Positions 9,660-20,009 of a DNA stretch of 64,000 nucleotides are shown here, in pieces; the first letter of the stretch is position 1, and every line of letters starts with the position of its first letter. The position numbers and the translations under genes were made by a program. This DNA comes from an uncultured Lachnospiraceae bacterium. Lineage in GTDB: Bacteria; Bacillota; Clostridia; Lachnospirales; Lachnospiraceae. The stretch is from the NCBI GenBank assembly GCA_902766735.1, contig CACXEU010000007.1, positions 62,509-126,508 on the forward strand. Direction: 5' to 3'. Under the pieces are notes generated by a model. That model did not search any database. It was given only the letters and a program-made list of their open reading frames with translations, and was not told the DNA's origin.

Positions 9660-9812
9660 AAGATTGCCTCCGTTTTAAAACACCGAAAAGGATTCTATTT
9701 GCGAAAGCTATTCGGTGTGTATGTTTTGTCAATAATTGCATTATAAAAGAAATGTGGTATTATTGATATTGTCAATTTTGAAAAGAATGATAAGGTCAGA
9801 AAGGAGCGCGCT

Positions 9813-11198
9813 ATGATTTATGATTTGGAAAAGCGAGGAACTCATCCCATTTATGAATATTTATATATGTGTATCAAGAACGACATTTTAGAAGGGAAGA
9901 TTGCACCGGGAGAGAAGCTCCCATCGAAACGATCCTTTGCAAAAAGTCAGGGGATCAGTGTTATTACCGTAGAAAATGCCTATGCCCAGCTGTTAACAGA
10001 AGGTTATATTTACTCGGAAGAAAAACGCGGTTTTTTTGCAGGCGACATGGGTGGAAAATATGTTCAGGGAAAAAAGAAACGAATTCGGGTGGAGTCAAAA
10101 AAACAGGAAAACTGGCTGGTAGACTTTAAGTCCAATCATATCCGGTATGATAATTTCCCATTCTCCACCTGGTCTAAGGTGATGCGACAGACACTACTGG
10201 ATCAGGAAAACTCTTTTTTACAAAGTCCGGAGAGTCAGGGAGTGGCGCCCCTTCGCCAATACATTTCCATGCATTTGGAAAAATACCGGGGGTTGAGTGT
10301 GAACCCGAATCATATTGTTGTCGGTGCAGGAACCGAATATCTGTATGGGCTGATTGTGCAGATTCTGGGACACAGTTCCATGATTGCGGTGGAAGATCCG
10401 GGACATAAGAAAATCGGAAAAGTATATGAAAGTAATGGGGTTCGATGCATTCGAGTTCCGGTAGACCAGGATGGACTGGATTTGAGCGCGTTACGGGGAA
10501 GTAATGCTTCCGCCGTTCATATTTCGCCATCTCATCACTTCCCTACAGGTAGGGTTATGCCGGCAACCAGAAGACATAAATTGATTCAATGGGCAAGAGA
10601 ACACGACAGCTATATTATTGAAGATGATTATGACAGTGAATTCCGCTTTAGTGGAAGACCTATTCCCACATTGGCTAGTATTGATGAAGACCGGGTTATC
10701 TATATGAATACATTTTCCAAGACGTTAGCGCCTTCCATTCGAATTGCTTACATGGTGCTACCGGAGAAACTGATGAAGGTCTTTCGGATGCGACTGGATT
10801 TTTATTCCAGCACAGTCAGTGGATTCGAACAATACACCTTAGCAAACTTCATTCGCTTAGGGTATTATGAACGGCACATTAATCGTATGAGAAATTATTA
10901 CCGAGAGTACCGAAGCAGGATTTTGAAAGCAATTAAAGAATCGTCCTTGTTTGAAAAGGTTACCATTGAAGAGGAAAATGCAGGACTTCATTTTATCCTG
11001 CATATCAACCGGGAAATGGATGACGAGGCTTATGTAAGGAAATTAAAAAAGAACAAGATAAATATTTCTACTGTGGCAGAATACTGTTATAATGATAACG
11101 AAAACTTTCAGCACAAGTTTATTATTAATTATTCAGCTGTGCAGGAAGAGGATTTGAAAAAAGCCCTGGAAATCATGAATCAGGCTTTGGAGGAATAG
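9813..11198 (+). CDS. pdxR: MocR/PdxR-family regulator (GntR wHTH fused to a fold-type-I aminotransferase-like domain)
   Basis: N-terminal wHTH LPSKRSFAKSQGISVITVENAYAQLLTEGYI. C-terminal PLP-lysine region NTFSKTLAPSIRIAY. The divergent arrangement with pdxK supports a PdxR-like role. Confidence 0.8.
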   Translation: MIYDLEKRGTHPIYEYLYMCIKNDILEGKIAPGEKLPSKRSFAKSQGISVITVENAYAQLLTEGYIYSEEKRGFFAGDMGGKYVQGKKKRIRVESKKQENWLVDFKSNHIRYDNFPFSTWSKVMRQTLLDQENSFLQSPESQGVAPLRQYISMHLEKYRGLSVNPNHIVVGAGTEYLYGLIVQILGHSSMIAVEDPGHKKIGKVYESNGVRCIRVPVDQDGLDLSALRGSNASAVHISPSHHFPTGRVMPATRRHKLIQWAREHDSYIIEDDYDSEFRFSGRPIPTLASIDEDRVIYMNTFSKTLAPSIRIAYMVLPEKLMKVFRMRLDFYSSTVSGFEQYTLANFIRLGYYERHINRMRNYYREYRSRILKAIKESSLFEKVTIEEENAGLHFILHINREMDDEAYVRKLKKNKINISTVAEYCYNDNENFQHKFIINYSAVQEEDLKKALEIMNQALEE

Positions 11199-12566
11199 AT
11201 GAAACAATATAACGGAAAAAAAGATTTTAAAATAGAAGTACCGAAAAATGTGAAAAACATTCTTTCCATTCTGGAAGGAAATGGTTTTGAAGCGTTTGCG
11301 GTAGGCGGTTGTGTTCGGGACGCAATTTTGGGAAGAGTTCCGGATGACTGGGATATCACAACCTCTGCATTGCCACAGCAGGTAAAAGATATTTTTCATA
11401 AAACCTTGGATACAGGATTACAGCATGGAACAGTTACTGTCCGCATGGGTGGGGAAGGCTATGAGGTGACAACCTACCGGATTGACGGGGAGTATACAGA
11501 CGGAAGACATCCGGATTCCGTGGAGTACACTTCAAATTTGATTGAGGATTTAAAACGCAGGGATTTTACTATTAATGCCATGGCATATAATCCTTCCATT
11601 GGTTTGATTGATGCTTTTGATGGAATCGGAGATATCGAACGAAAATGCATCACCTGTGTGGGAGAGGCAGAGCAGCGGTTTCACGAAGATGCCTTAAGAA
11701 TTCTTCGTGCCATTCGTTTTTCTGCTCAGTTAGGATTTGAGGTATCAGATTGTACGAAGGATGCCATTAAAAAACTTGCACCAACCTTGGAAAAAATCAG
11801 TGCGGAACGAATTCACACAGAAATGGAAAAACTTCTTTTGTCCGGGCATCCGGAAAAATTCATTGATGCTTACGAGCTGGGAGTGACTAAGATTGTCTTT
11901 CCGGAATTTGATGCTATGATGGAATGTCCACAGAATACCCCGTATCACAAATATGACGTAGGTCGTCATACGGTAGAAGTTATGAAACATGTTCCACCGC
12001 AGAAGGTGATTCGCTGGGCAGCATTGCTTCATGATGTAGGAAAACCGAAAAGCCATCTGGTAAAAGACGGACGGGATCATTTTTATGGACATGCACATGT
12101 GGGAAGTAAAATGGCCGTTGAGGTGTTACGTCGTCTGAAGATGGATAATAAAACCATTAAGACGGTGTCTCGTCTGGTTGATTGTCATGATGACCGACCG
12201 ACACAGACAAAATACGGAATGACTCCGGAAGCTGTTCGCCGAAGTGTGCATAAGATTGGAAAAGATATTTACGAATTATATCTCCAGTTGGTTTATGCGG
12301 ATTTTCAGGGAAAAAGTGATTACGGAATGGAAAAAGGATATGACAGTTATTACTATGTAAAACAGCAATACGAGGAAATCGTAGCACAGGGGATTTGTAC
12401 CGCAATTAAGGAAATGGATTTTTCCGGAAAAGATTTAATTGAAATGGGATGTCCTTTGGGAGAAAAGATTGGAGTCGTATTGGATGAACTGATGGAAATT
12501 GTCTTAAAGCATCCGGAAAAAAATAAAAAAGAAATATTGATTGAAGAAGCAAGAAAACTGATTTAG
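11199..12566 (+). CDS. cca: CCA-adding tRNA nucleotidyltransferase with HD domain
   Basis: GGCVRDAILG and DWDITT polymerase-beta motifs, RDFTINAMA, and HD-domain LLHDVGKP. The ATG directly abuts the pdxR stop. Confidence 0.85.
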   Translation: MKQYNGKKDFKIEVPKNVKNILSILEGNGFEAFAVGGCVRDAILGRVPDDWDITTSALPQQVKDIFHKTLDTGLQHGTVTVRMGGEGYEVTTYRIDGEYTDGRHPDSVEYTSNLIEDLKRRDFTINAMAYNPSIGLIDAFDGIGDIERKCITCVGEAEQRFHEDALRILRAIRFSAQLGFEVSDCTKDAIKKLAPTLEKISAERIHTEMEKLLLSGHPEKFIDAYELGVTKIVFPEFDAMMECPQNTPYHKYDVGRHTVEVMKHVPPQKVIRWAALLHDVGKPKSHLVKDGRDHFYGHAHVGSKMAVEVLRRLKMDNKTIKTVSRLVDCHDDRPTQTKYGMTPEAVRRSVHKIGKDIYELYLQLVYADFQGKSDYGMEKGYDSYYYVKQQYEEIVAQGICTAIKEMDFSGKDLIEMGCPLGEKIGVVLDELMEIVLKHPEKNKKEILIEEARKLI

Positions 12567-12574
12567 GAGGATAC

Positions 12575-14071
12575 ATGGAAGAGAAGAGAATAAATATCAA
12601 TGAAATGCCAAAGTGGTTTCGAGTACTGCTATTATTAACACCGCTGATTGGTATAGTTCTGATCAAGACGACATTGGATAATGATTTTTACTTTTTATAT
12701 GCTACGGGAGAATACATTGTGAATCATGGATTTCCTCATCGGGATTTTCTATCTATGCATTCTTCTATGGAAATTATTGTACAGCAGTGGCTTAGCGCCG
12801 TGATCTATTATTATGTCTACAAGTTGTTTGGCAAGGTAGGAGTATTATTGTTACTTTATATTTGCTATGTTATTATCAACTATTTAAGTCTTAAACTGAG
12901 CAGGATGATTACAAACAATATGTTTGTATCCCTGATTTGCGTGCTGGTGGCTGATGTCTGGATTGCGGCAATGTTTATTGTGTCCAGACCGCAGATGTTT
13001 ACATACATCATTATGTTGTTCGAAATGTATCTTCTGGAAAAATTTGTTCAGGAAAAGAAAAACAGATATCTGTGTGTGTTACCGGTCTTATCCCTGTTAT
13101 TGATTAATTTACATGCCTCTATGTGGGCTATGTTTTTTGTGTATGCAATGCCATATTTTGTGAATGCCCTGCCGATTAAAATCGGAGCATTCAAACAAAC
13201 GCCATGTTGTGATTACAAAAAACTTCTTGCAGCAGGAATTGCCAGTGTTTTTCCGGGATTTCTGAATCCTTATGGAATTAAGGCGATGTTATACATTTTT
13301 TCATCCTTTGGGGTTCCGGAAATTAATGACATGATTAACGAAATGAAAGCAACCAGTTTTGAAAATGCCGCAGGAAAAATGCTATTTTTCCTGATCGGTG
13401 TGATGGCTGTGGTGGCTTTAATTCGAAAAAAGCAAAACCGTTATGAAACCCGTTTTGTTTTATTGTTTGGGGGAAGTCTGGTAATGGCCTTGATGAATTA
13501 CAAGTCCCATGCCTATTTTTACATTTTCGCATCGATTTGTTTCTCCTATATGATTCAGGATACCCAATTAGTATTAAATGTATCTGAGGGTGAGAGAACG
13601 CCGGCGGAAAAGAAGCGGTTGGCTCTGTTAGCAGGATTGTTTTCGATTACTGTTGTGATAGCTGCCATGGCAATTATCTCAACACCACAGAAGAAAAAGA
13701 AATCTGAGGACATAGTAAGATATGATCAATTGGATGATGTCATAAAACTGATTCCTAAGAGTGACGACGTGGTATTATATGGAAATTTTGTCTGCGGACA
13801 ATATTTGGAATTTCACGGATATCATCCATATATTGACGGGAGAGCCGAACTGTTTTTAAAAGCAAACAATAAGGAATATGACTATTATATTGAATATTAC
13901 AAATTGAAAAAGGGAGAACTGAACTGCAAGAAGTTTTTAGAACGCTATCAGTTCAATTATCTGGTGGTGGAAAAAGAAAGAGATGCATGCTTGTATAATT
14001 ATTTAATCAATGATGACTCCTACCAGCAGGTATATAAATCTAAAACAGTGAACCTCTTTACCAAACAGTAG
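12575..14071 (+). CDS. Polytopic membrane protein, possibly a GT-C-type glycosyltransferase
   Basis: 498 aa with RBS aggagga. Many hydrophobic helices, an acidic DNDFYF motif after TM1, and a soluble C-terminal ~120 aa. The family call is weak. Confidence 0.55.
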   Translation: MEEKRININEMPKWFRVLLLLTPLIGIVLIKTTLDNDFYFLYATGEYIVNHGFPHRDFLSMHSSMEIIVQQWLSAVIYYYVYKLFGKVGVLLLLYICYVIINYLSLKLSRMITNNMFVSLICVLVADVWIAAMFIVSRPQMFTYIIMLFEMYLLEKFVQEKKNRYLCVLPVLSLLLINLHASMWAMFFVYAMPYFVNALPIKIGAFKQTPCCDYKKLLAAGIASVFPGFLNPYGIKAMLYIFSSFGVPEINDMINEMKATSFENAAGKMLFFLIGVMAVVALIRKKQNRYETRFVLLFGGSLVMALMNYKSHAYFYIFASICFSYMIQDTQLVLNVSEGERTPAEKKRLALLAGLFSITVVIAAMAIISTPQKKKKSEDIVRYDQLDDVIKLIPKSDDVVLYGNFVCGQYLEFHGYHPYIDGRAELFLKANNKEYDYYIEYYKLKKGELNCKKFLERYQFNYLVVEKERDACLYNYLINDDSYQQVYKSKTVNLFTKQ

Positions 14072-14144
14072 GAAAAGGGAATGTCATATATTTTACTTTC
14101 AACTCATAGTCTAGAATAGAAATTGACGCGAAGTGGGTGAAAGT

Positions 14145-15128
14145 ATGAATGAAAAAGCAGTAAGTGTATTGGAACAATATGAATTGGAACCGCTGAAAAT
14201 TTTTAAACAGCGAGGAAACTATGGGTGCAATACAGCAGAGGGTAAATACCTCTTATTAGAATATGACTTCAGTGAGGAAAAGCTAGTCAGTTTGTTTCGG
14301 GTACAGGATTATCTGGAACAAAAAGGGATTAAAACAGAAAAACTGGTGTTTAATCGGGAAGGACATCTGATTAGCGTGGGTGAGGATGGCTTCGGGTATG
14401 TCCTGAAAAGAATTTATGATGTGGAAGAGTGCGATATTCATGACCGGGAGCATGTAAAGATCGCAGCAAAAAATCTGGCAAGGTTTCATAAGGCCACCTA
14501 CAATATGGAAGATGATTTTAATGGGAAAGTACGAATTTATCCGGAAAAAAATCTGCTTGAGGCTTTTCAAAAACACAACAGGGAACTTGTGAATATTAGG
14601 AACTTTATTGAGAAGCGAAGAAACAAGAATTTTTTTGAACGATATCTGCAACACATTATTGAAGGGTATTACCGGCAGGGACAGAAAACCGTGGCACTTT
14701 TAGAACAATCTACATATCAGGAACTGTATGAGGAATCCTGTGAAAGAAAACAATTAATTCACGGAAATTACAATCATCATGCCCTGGCCTTTGAAAAGCA
14801 ACAACCGGTTTTGGTGAATCTGACGAAAGTCTATTATGGGCCGCAAATTCATGATGTCTATGACTTTCTGCGGAAAGTTTTGGAAAAGAATGCATGGAAA
14901 CCAAATCTGGGTCATGAAGTCATTTGCTGGTATGACACAGTAAACCCACTTCAGGATGCGGATAAGGAGATTTTGAAATTGTTGCTGTCGTATCCGGAAA
15001 AATTCTGGAAAATCGTGAATTATTATTACAATTCTAATAAGGCATGGTATTCCGATAAAAACGAAGAAAAACTGAAATCTTTTCAGGAACAGGAAGAACT
15101 GAGATGGTGCTTTATCCATTCTCTTTGA
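14145..15128 (+). CDS. CotS/aminoglycoside-phosphotransferase-fold protein (spore-coat kinase-like)
   Basis: Overall CotS-like layout (VLEQYELEP...; ...DVYDFLRKVLEK). ATG at 14145 is preferred over the GTG at 14133. The catalytic-loop position reads HGNYNHHA rather than the expected H-x-D-x4-N. Confidence 0.6.
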   Translation: MNEKAVSVLEQYELEPLKIFKQRGNYGCNTAEGKYLLLEYDFSEEKLVSLFRVQDYLEQKGIKTEKLVFNREGHLISVGEDGFGYVLKRIYDVEECDIHDREHVKIAAKNLARFHKATYNMEDDFNGKVRIYPEKNLLEAFQKHNRELVNIRNFIEKRRNKNFFERYLQHIIEGYYRQGQKTVALLEQSTYQELYEESCERKQLIHGNYNHHALAFEKQQPVLVNLTKVYYGPQIHDVYDFLRKVLEKNAWKPNLGHEVICWYDTVNPLQDADKEILKLLLSYPEKFWKIVNYYYNSNKAWYSDKNEEKLKSFQEQEELRWCFIHSL

Positions 15129-15294
15129 GGAAAACACTTCAGAAAAATGAGTGCTCCATCAAATTTTCAACAAATTTCAATAAAAAAACGTTTTTTTGGG
15201 TTCCATTTCAGAATCCTTTGTATTATAATAGCACCAAATGGGCAAAAATTTTTTAGCTGATATTTGGATCAAAGGTAGTGATGGGAGGAAAAAT

Positions 15295-17028
15295 ATGAGT
15301 TATCGAGATACTTATCAGGAATGGCTGGAAAATCCGTATTTTGATGAAAAAACAAAAGCAGAATTGAAAGCTTTAGAAGGAAATGATAAGGAAATTGAAG
15401 ACAGATTCTATAAGGAATTAGAATTTGGTACTGCAGGACTCCGTGGAGTCATTGGAGCCGGAACAAATAGAATGAATTTCTACACTGTTGGAAAGGCTTC
15501 TCAGGGTTTAGCTAATTATATTATCGAAATGAATGGACAGGAAAAGGGTGTGGCAATTGCATATGATTCCAGAAGAATGTCTCCGGAATTTGCAGACGCA
15601 GCAGCGTTGTGTCTTAATGCTAATGGGATTAAAGCATATGTATTTGAATCCTTGAGACCTACACCGGAATTATCTTTCGCTGTTCGTACTTTAGGATGTA
15701 TTGCAGGAATTAATATTACTGCCAGTCATAATCCGGCAGAATATAATGGATATAAAGTATATTGGGAGGATGGTGCACAGATTACTCCTCCACATGATGA
15801 AAACATCATGGCTGCAGTAAAGAGTCTTGATATTACTGCTGCAAAAACAATGGAGAAAGAACAGGCGATTGCAGCCGGTCTTTATATTCCAATTGGAAAA
15901 GAAGTAGATGATCAGTATATTGCAGAATTAAAGAAGCAGGTGAAGAACCAGGAAGCGATTGATGCAGTTCAGAAGGACATTAAAATTGTTTATACACCGC
16001 TTCATGGAACAGGAAACATTCCTGCTCGTAGAATCCTTAAGGAATTAGGATTTGAAAACGTATATGTAGTAAAGGAACAGGAACTTCCTGATGGAGAATT
16101 CCCAACGGTGGGTTATCCGAATCCGGAATCTGACAAGGCTTTTGAATTAGCTGTGAAGTTAGGAAACGAAGTAGGGGCAGATTTATTACTTGCCACAGAT
16201 CCTGATGCAGACCGTCTTGGTGTATATGTAAAAGGAGAGGAACCGGGAACTTACCATGTCTTAACAGGAAACATGTCAGGTTCTCTTTTAGCAGATTATG
16301 AATTGAGCCAGATGAAGAAAGCCGGAACACTTCCGGAAGATGGTGCATTAATCAAGACCATTGTAACAACAAACCTTGCAGATGATATTGCAAAATATTA
16401 TAACATTGATTTAATTGAATGTTTAACAGGATTTAAATATATCGGACAGCAGATTCTCCAGATGGAACAGACCGGAAAAGGTCATTACTGCTTCGGCTTT
16501 GAAGAAAGCTATGGCTGTCTGATTGGAACACATGCCAGGGATAAGGATGCGATTGTTGCAACTATGGCATTGTGTGAAGCAGCAGCTTACTATAAGACCA
16601 AAGGAATGTCTCTTTGGGATAAGATGAAAGAAATGTACGAGAAGTACGGATACTGGCAGGATGGAATTCAGTCCATTGAACTGAAAGGTAAGGAAGGAAT
16701 TGAAAAAATTGCCGGTGTTCTGGAACAGCTTCGTGAGAATGTCCCAACAGAAATTGCCGGATACAAAGTACTTTCTGCAAGAGACTATAGAGAAGATACC
16801 ATTAAGAACATGGTGACAGGAGAAGTTACTCCGACAGGACTTCCTACATCCAATGTTTTATACTATGACTTGGAAGATGGTGCATGGGTTTGCGTTAGAC
16901 CTTCCGGTACAGAGCCAAAACTGAAATTCTATTATGGAATTAAGGGTAGCGACTTTGATGATGCAAAGCAGAAGAGAGCTGCATTGGGTCAGTATATGAT
17001 TGACTTGGTAAATGGAATGTTAAAATAA
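15295..17028 (+). CDS. pgcA: Alpha-phosphoglucomutase / phosphohexomutase
   Basis: Phosphoserine loop TASHNPAEYNGYKV and metal loop ATDPDADRLG. Start at MSYRDTYQEWL with RBS gggagga. The ORF-track start at 15238 has no RBS. Confidence 0.9.
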   Translation: MSYRDTYQEWLENPYFDEKTKAELKALEGNDKEIEDRFYKELEFGTAGLRGVIGAGTNRMNFYTVGKASQGLANYIIEMNGQEKGVAIAYDSRRMSPEFADAAALCLNANGIKAYVFESLRPTPELSFAVRTLGCIAGINITASHNPAEYNGYKVYWEDGAQITPPHDENIMAAVKSLDITAAKTMEKEQAIAAGLYIPIGKEVDDQYIAELKKQVKNQEAIDAVQKDIKIVYTPLHGTGNIPARRILKELGFENVYVVKEQELPDGEFPTVGYPNPESDKAFELAVKLGNEVGADLLLATDPDADRLGVYVKGEEPGTYHVLTGNMSGSLLADYELSQMKKAGTLPEDGALIKTIVTTNLADDIAKYYNIDLIECLTGFKYIGQQILQMEQTGKGHYCFGFEESYGCLIGTHARDKDAIVATMALCEAAAYYKTKGMSLWDKMKEMYEKYGYWQDGIQSIELKGKEGIEKIAGVLEQLRENVPTEIAGYKVLSARDYREDTIKNMVTGEVTPTGLPTSNVLYYDLEDGAWVCVRPSGTEPKLKFYYGIKGSDFDDAKQKRAALGQYMIDLVNGMLK

Positions 17029-17054
17029 TAAAAATAGAAATCATAAAAAGAATT

Positions 17055-17100
17055 AACACCATAATATATTTAAGTAATAGATATATTATGGTGTTTTTTT
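17055..17100 (+). terminator. Rho-independent terminator after the phosphoglucomutase gene
   Basis: 15-bp stem aacaccataatatat (17055-17069) / atatattatggtgtt (17081-17095) followed by a T-run. Confidence 0.7.
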
Positions 17101-17511
17101 ATGAAAAAATGTACGATGCTTTTTCTGATGCTGGTTCTGACAGGCTTTTTGAGTGGCTGCACTGTGGAAAAAATCCAAAGAGAAAAGAAGGGGCAAGTGG
17201 ATTTTACGGTGGTGCCGGAAACGGAACTTACAGAGCCGGTGAAGAAAATATTGGAGGAACGGAAAATAGCTCCTTTCCGGGTGACTTTTTCGGATCAGCA
17301 ATACACCTATATCCTTATTGGATACGGAGCGCAAAAGCATACCGGGTATCAGATTAAGGTAAAAGAACTGTATGAAAGCGAGAATGCCATCTTTGTTAAG
17401 ACGGAATTCCTAGGACCCAAGGGAGGTCACGAGTCGGAACGGGATACTTTTCCCTATCTTGTGGTGAAAATAGAATATACAGATAAAAATGTCATATTTA
17501 GTGAAGCGTAA
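17101..17511 (+). CDS. Small lipoprotein, PrcB-C-terminal-domain-like
   Basis: Signal peptide with lipobox LSGC. The segment YILIGYGAQKHTGYQIKVKELYESENAIFVKTEFLGP resembles PrcB-family lipoproteins (from memory). Confidence 0.55.
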   Translation: MKKCTMLFLMLVLTGFLSGCTVEKIQREKKGQVDFTVVPETELTEPVKKILEERKIAPFRVTFSDQQYTYILIGYGAQKHTGYQIKVKELYESENAIFVKTEFLGPKGGHESERDTFPYLVVKIEYTDKNVIFSEA

Positions 17512-17547
17512 TGCATAAGATTCAGTATAAAGACAGGAGGGGAAAGT

Positions 17548-19098
17548 ATGGAGTTAATTAAAAACAACATTCATATGAATGTGTTGAAGAAAAATATGGT
17601 AACGACATTTTATGTAAACCACGAAGGGACCGTAAATGAATCTTGTCCGGCAATGAAAAGTGTCATATGTCATAAGGAAAAGGCTTTGGTAGAACAGGTT
17701 TATGTGAGAAATAACCAGTTGGTTGTGGAAGGAAATGTGGGGTATGAAATTCTTTATTATCCTGAAGAAGGGGAGAGCGTTTATGGACTCGAAGGGGAGT
17801 CAATGTTTCGTGAAACATTGAAAATTCCCGAGGTGGAAGAAGCAGATGCCAGGGTTACATTGGAAGTAATCTCTGCTTCCGTGAAATTGATTGACGGCAG
17901 GAATTACCTCTATAAGATTAGTGTTATGGCGTACATAACCGTGGAACAATTGAATGATTTCCAGAGCACCAGGGTAGTGCCGGATGAGGAAACTATGGTG
18001 ATGGACAAAGAAATTGAATTGCTTGAAACAGTCGTAAATAAGACAGAGATGTTTCGGATTAATGAAGTAGTGGAAATTCCGGCAGGAAAACCGGCGGTAG
18101 AGACTATTGTGTGGAAAGATATTCGCATCAGCTCTCTGGAATCTAAAATTCTGAATCGTCAGATGGAATTGAATGGTGAACTGTCCGTATTCATTTTGTA
18201 CCTTCCGGATGTGGAAAGTGGGACGGAGCAGTGGTATGAAACGTCACTGCCATTTCATGGAATTGTGGAAATGGAGGAAGCAGATGAGGGACTGATTAGT
18301 TATGTGGATGGGATGCTTCACACCGTAAACCTGTCCGTGGAAATGAATCAGGACAATGAAATGAAGCAATTGAATTTATCTGCACTGATCCGTTTGGATA
18401 CGAAATTGTATGAAGAGCAGAAATGTCGTACCGTTGTGGATTTATATTCACCGAAGAAAGAGATTATTCCGGAATTTGAGGAACAGAAGTATTATCAGTT
18501 ATTGGTAAAAAATCAGGCGAGGACAAAGGAAACAATAAAAATAGATATTGATGAGACCAAGGGGCGGATTCTCCAGTTGTGTCAGGGAACGGCAAGACTT
18601 CAGATTGAAAATGTGATTGCAGGGGATAATGGAATTAAAATTATGGGGAAACTAATTGGGGAAATTATTTATGTGTCTTCGGAAGATAGAAACTCAATTT
18701 GCGGACAGACCAAAGAAGTTCCGTTTGAACATTTGATTGATGCGGAGGGAATTACAACAAAAGACCAGTACTATATTGACTGGAGAACGGAACAGATTAC
18801 TTCCAATATGATTAATGGGAAGCAGGTGGAAATTAAGTCCGTTGTTGCTATGGAAGTGATTGTCTTCCGGGAAATAAAAGAACGGATGATTCAAAAAATC
18901 AGGGAAGAAGAATTAACTGTGGAGGAGATAGGGAACCTTCCACTATTGAAAGGATATGTGGTACAGCAAGGGGACACGTTGTGGCAATTGGCAAAGAAAA
19001 ACAGAACGACTATGGAGGCAATCAAAGCAGTGAATGGATTACAGGATGAAACCTTGCGTAAAGGGGAAAAATTGCTAATTGTAAAATCCTGTCAATAG
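17548..19098 (+). CDS. DUF3794 (SPOCS)-repeat protein with C-terminal LysM domain, sporulation-associated type
   Basis: RBS aggagggg. C-terminal LysM YVVQQGDTLWQLAKKNRTTMEAIKAVNGLQDETLRKGEKLLI. Its position upstream of ispE is common in Clostridia. Confidence 0.65.
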   Translation: MELIKNNIHMNVLKKNMVTTFYVNHEGTVNESCPAMKSVICHKEKALVEQVYVRNNQLVVEGNVGYEILYYPEEGESVYGLEGESMFRETLKIPEVEEADARVTLEVISASVKLIDGRNYLYKISVMAYITVEQLNDFQSTRVVPDEETMVMDKEIELLETVVNKTEMFRINEVVEIPAGKPAVETIVWKDIRISSLESKILNRQMELNGELSVFILYLPDVESGTEQWYETSLPFHGIVEMEEADEGLISYVDGMLHTVNLSVEMNQDNEMKQLNLSALIRLDTKLYEEQKCRTVVDLYSPKKEIIPEFEEQKYYQLLVKNQARTKETIKIDIDETKGRILQLCQGTARLQIENVIAGDNGIKIMGKLIGEIIYVSSEDRNSICGQTKEVPFEHLIDAEGITTKDQYYIDWRTEQITSNMINGKQVEIKSVVAMEVIVFREIKERMIQKIREEELTVEEIGNLPLLKGYVVQQGDTLWQLAKKNRTTMEAIKAVNGLQDETLRKGEKLLIVKSCQ

Positions 19099-19124
19099 AG
19101 TATAATTAGTTTACGATAAAACAG

Positions 19125-20009
19125 ATGGAGAAAATGATGGATAAGATACAGTTAAAAGCATATGGAAAAATAAATCTGGGATTAGACGTTTTGCGAAAAC
19201 GGGAAGATGGCTATCATGATTTGGAAATGATTATGCAAACAGTCGGGGTTTACGATGATGTGATTATTACAAAAATTCCGGAAGAAAGAAAAATTACCGT
19301 GAAAACAGATACCATGGTTCTTGATAATGAAAAAGGTAATCTGGCTTATATGGCAGCGAAGCTTTTGATGGATGAGTTTGAAATCACACAAGGGGTAGAG
19401 ATTGTCCTTCATAAACGAATCCCTATTGCCGGAGGAATGGCAGGAGGAAGTTCTGATTGTGCTGCTACCCTGAAGGGGATCAATGAAATGTTTGGTCTGG
19501 GGCTCAGCCAACAGGCTTTGATGGAACGGGGGGTAACGCTTGGAGCGGATGTTCCTTATTGTGTTATGGGGGGGACGGCTTTGGCAGAAGGAATTGGAGA
19601 AAAATTGACTCCGCTTCCGGCACCACCACAGTGTCATGTGATTATTGCAAAGCCTCCGGTTTCCGTGTCCACGGCTTTTGTATATGGGAATATTCGCCCT
19701 GCAGAAATCGAAAAGCGACCGGATACTAAAGGAATCATTCGAGCAATTGAGCAGAAAAAACTTCGGGATTTATCAAAGTTGCTCTATAACGTCATGGAAG
19801 ATGTAACGATTCCGGAGTATCCTATTATTGAAGAAATCAAACAGCAATTGCTTTCGGACGGAGCGCTGGGTGCCATTATGAGCGGAAGCGGACCGACGGT
19901 GTTTGCATTGTTTGATTGCGCCCAAAAAGCGAAGGCGGCCTTCGATAATCTTAAGGAAAGAGAACTGGTAGAACAGTTATATCTTACGGAATTTGTAAAC
20001 GAGGATTAA
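19125..20009 (+). CDS. ispE: 4-diphosphocytidyl-2-C-methyl-D-erythritol kinase
   Basis: KINLGLDV N-terminus and GHMP-kinase motif PIAGGMAGGSSDCAA. The exact start is ambiguous among the ATGs at 19125, 19134 and 19137. Confidence 0.9.
   Translation: MEKMMDKIQLKAYGKINLGLDVLRKREDGYHDLEMIMQTVGVYDDVIITKIPEERKITVKTDTMVLDNEKGNLAYMAAKLLMDEFEITQGVEIVLHKRIPIAGGMAGGSSDCAATLKGINEMFGLGLSQQALMERGVTLGADVPYCVMGGTALAEGIGEKLTPLPAPPQCHVIIAKPPVSVSTAFVYGNIRPAEIEKRPDTKGIIRAIEQKKLRDLSKLLYNVMEDVTIPEYPIIEEIKQQLLSDGALGAIMSGSGPTVFALFDCAQKAKAAFDNLKERELVEQLYLTEFVNED

Noticed and set aside
17088-17357. 89-aa plus-strand ORF overlapping the start of the lipoprotein gene
   Set aside because: It is an alternative frame of the 17101-17511 lipoprotein gene. 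It starts inside the upstream terminator stem and has no RBS.
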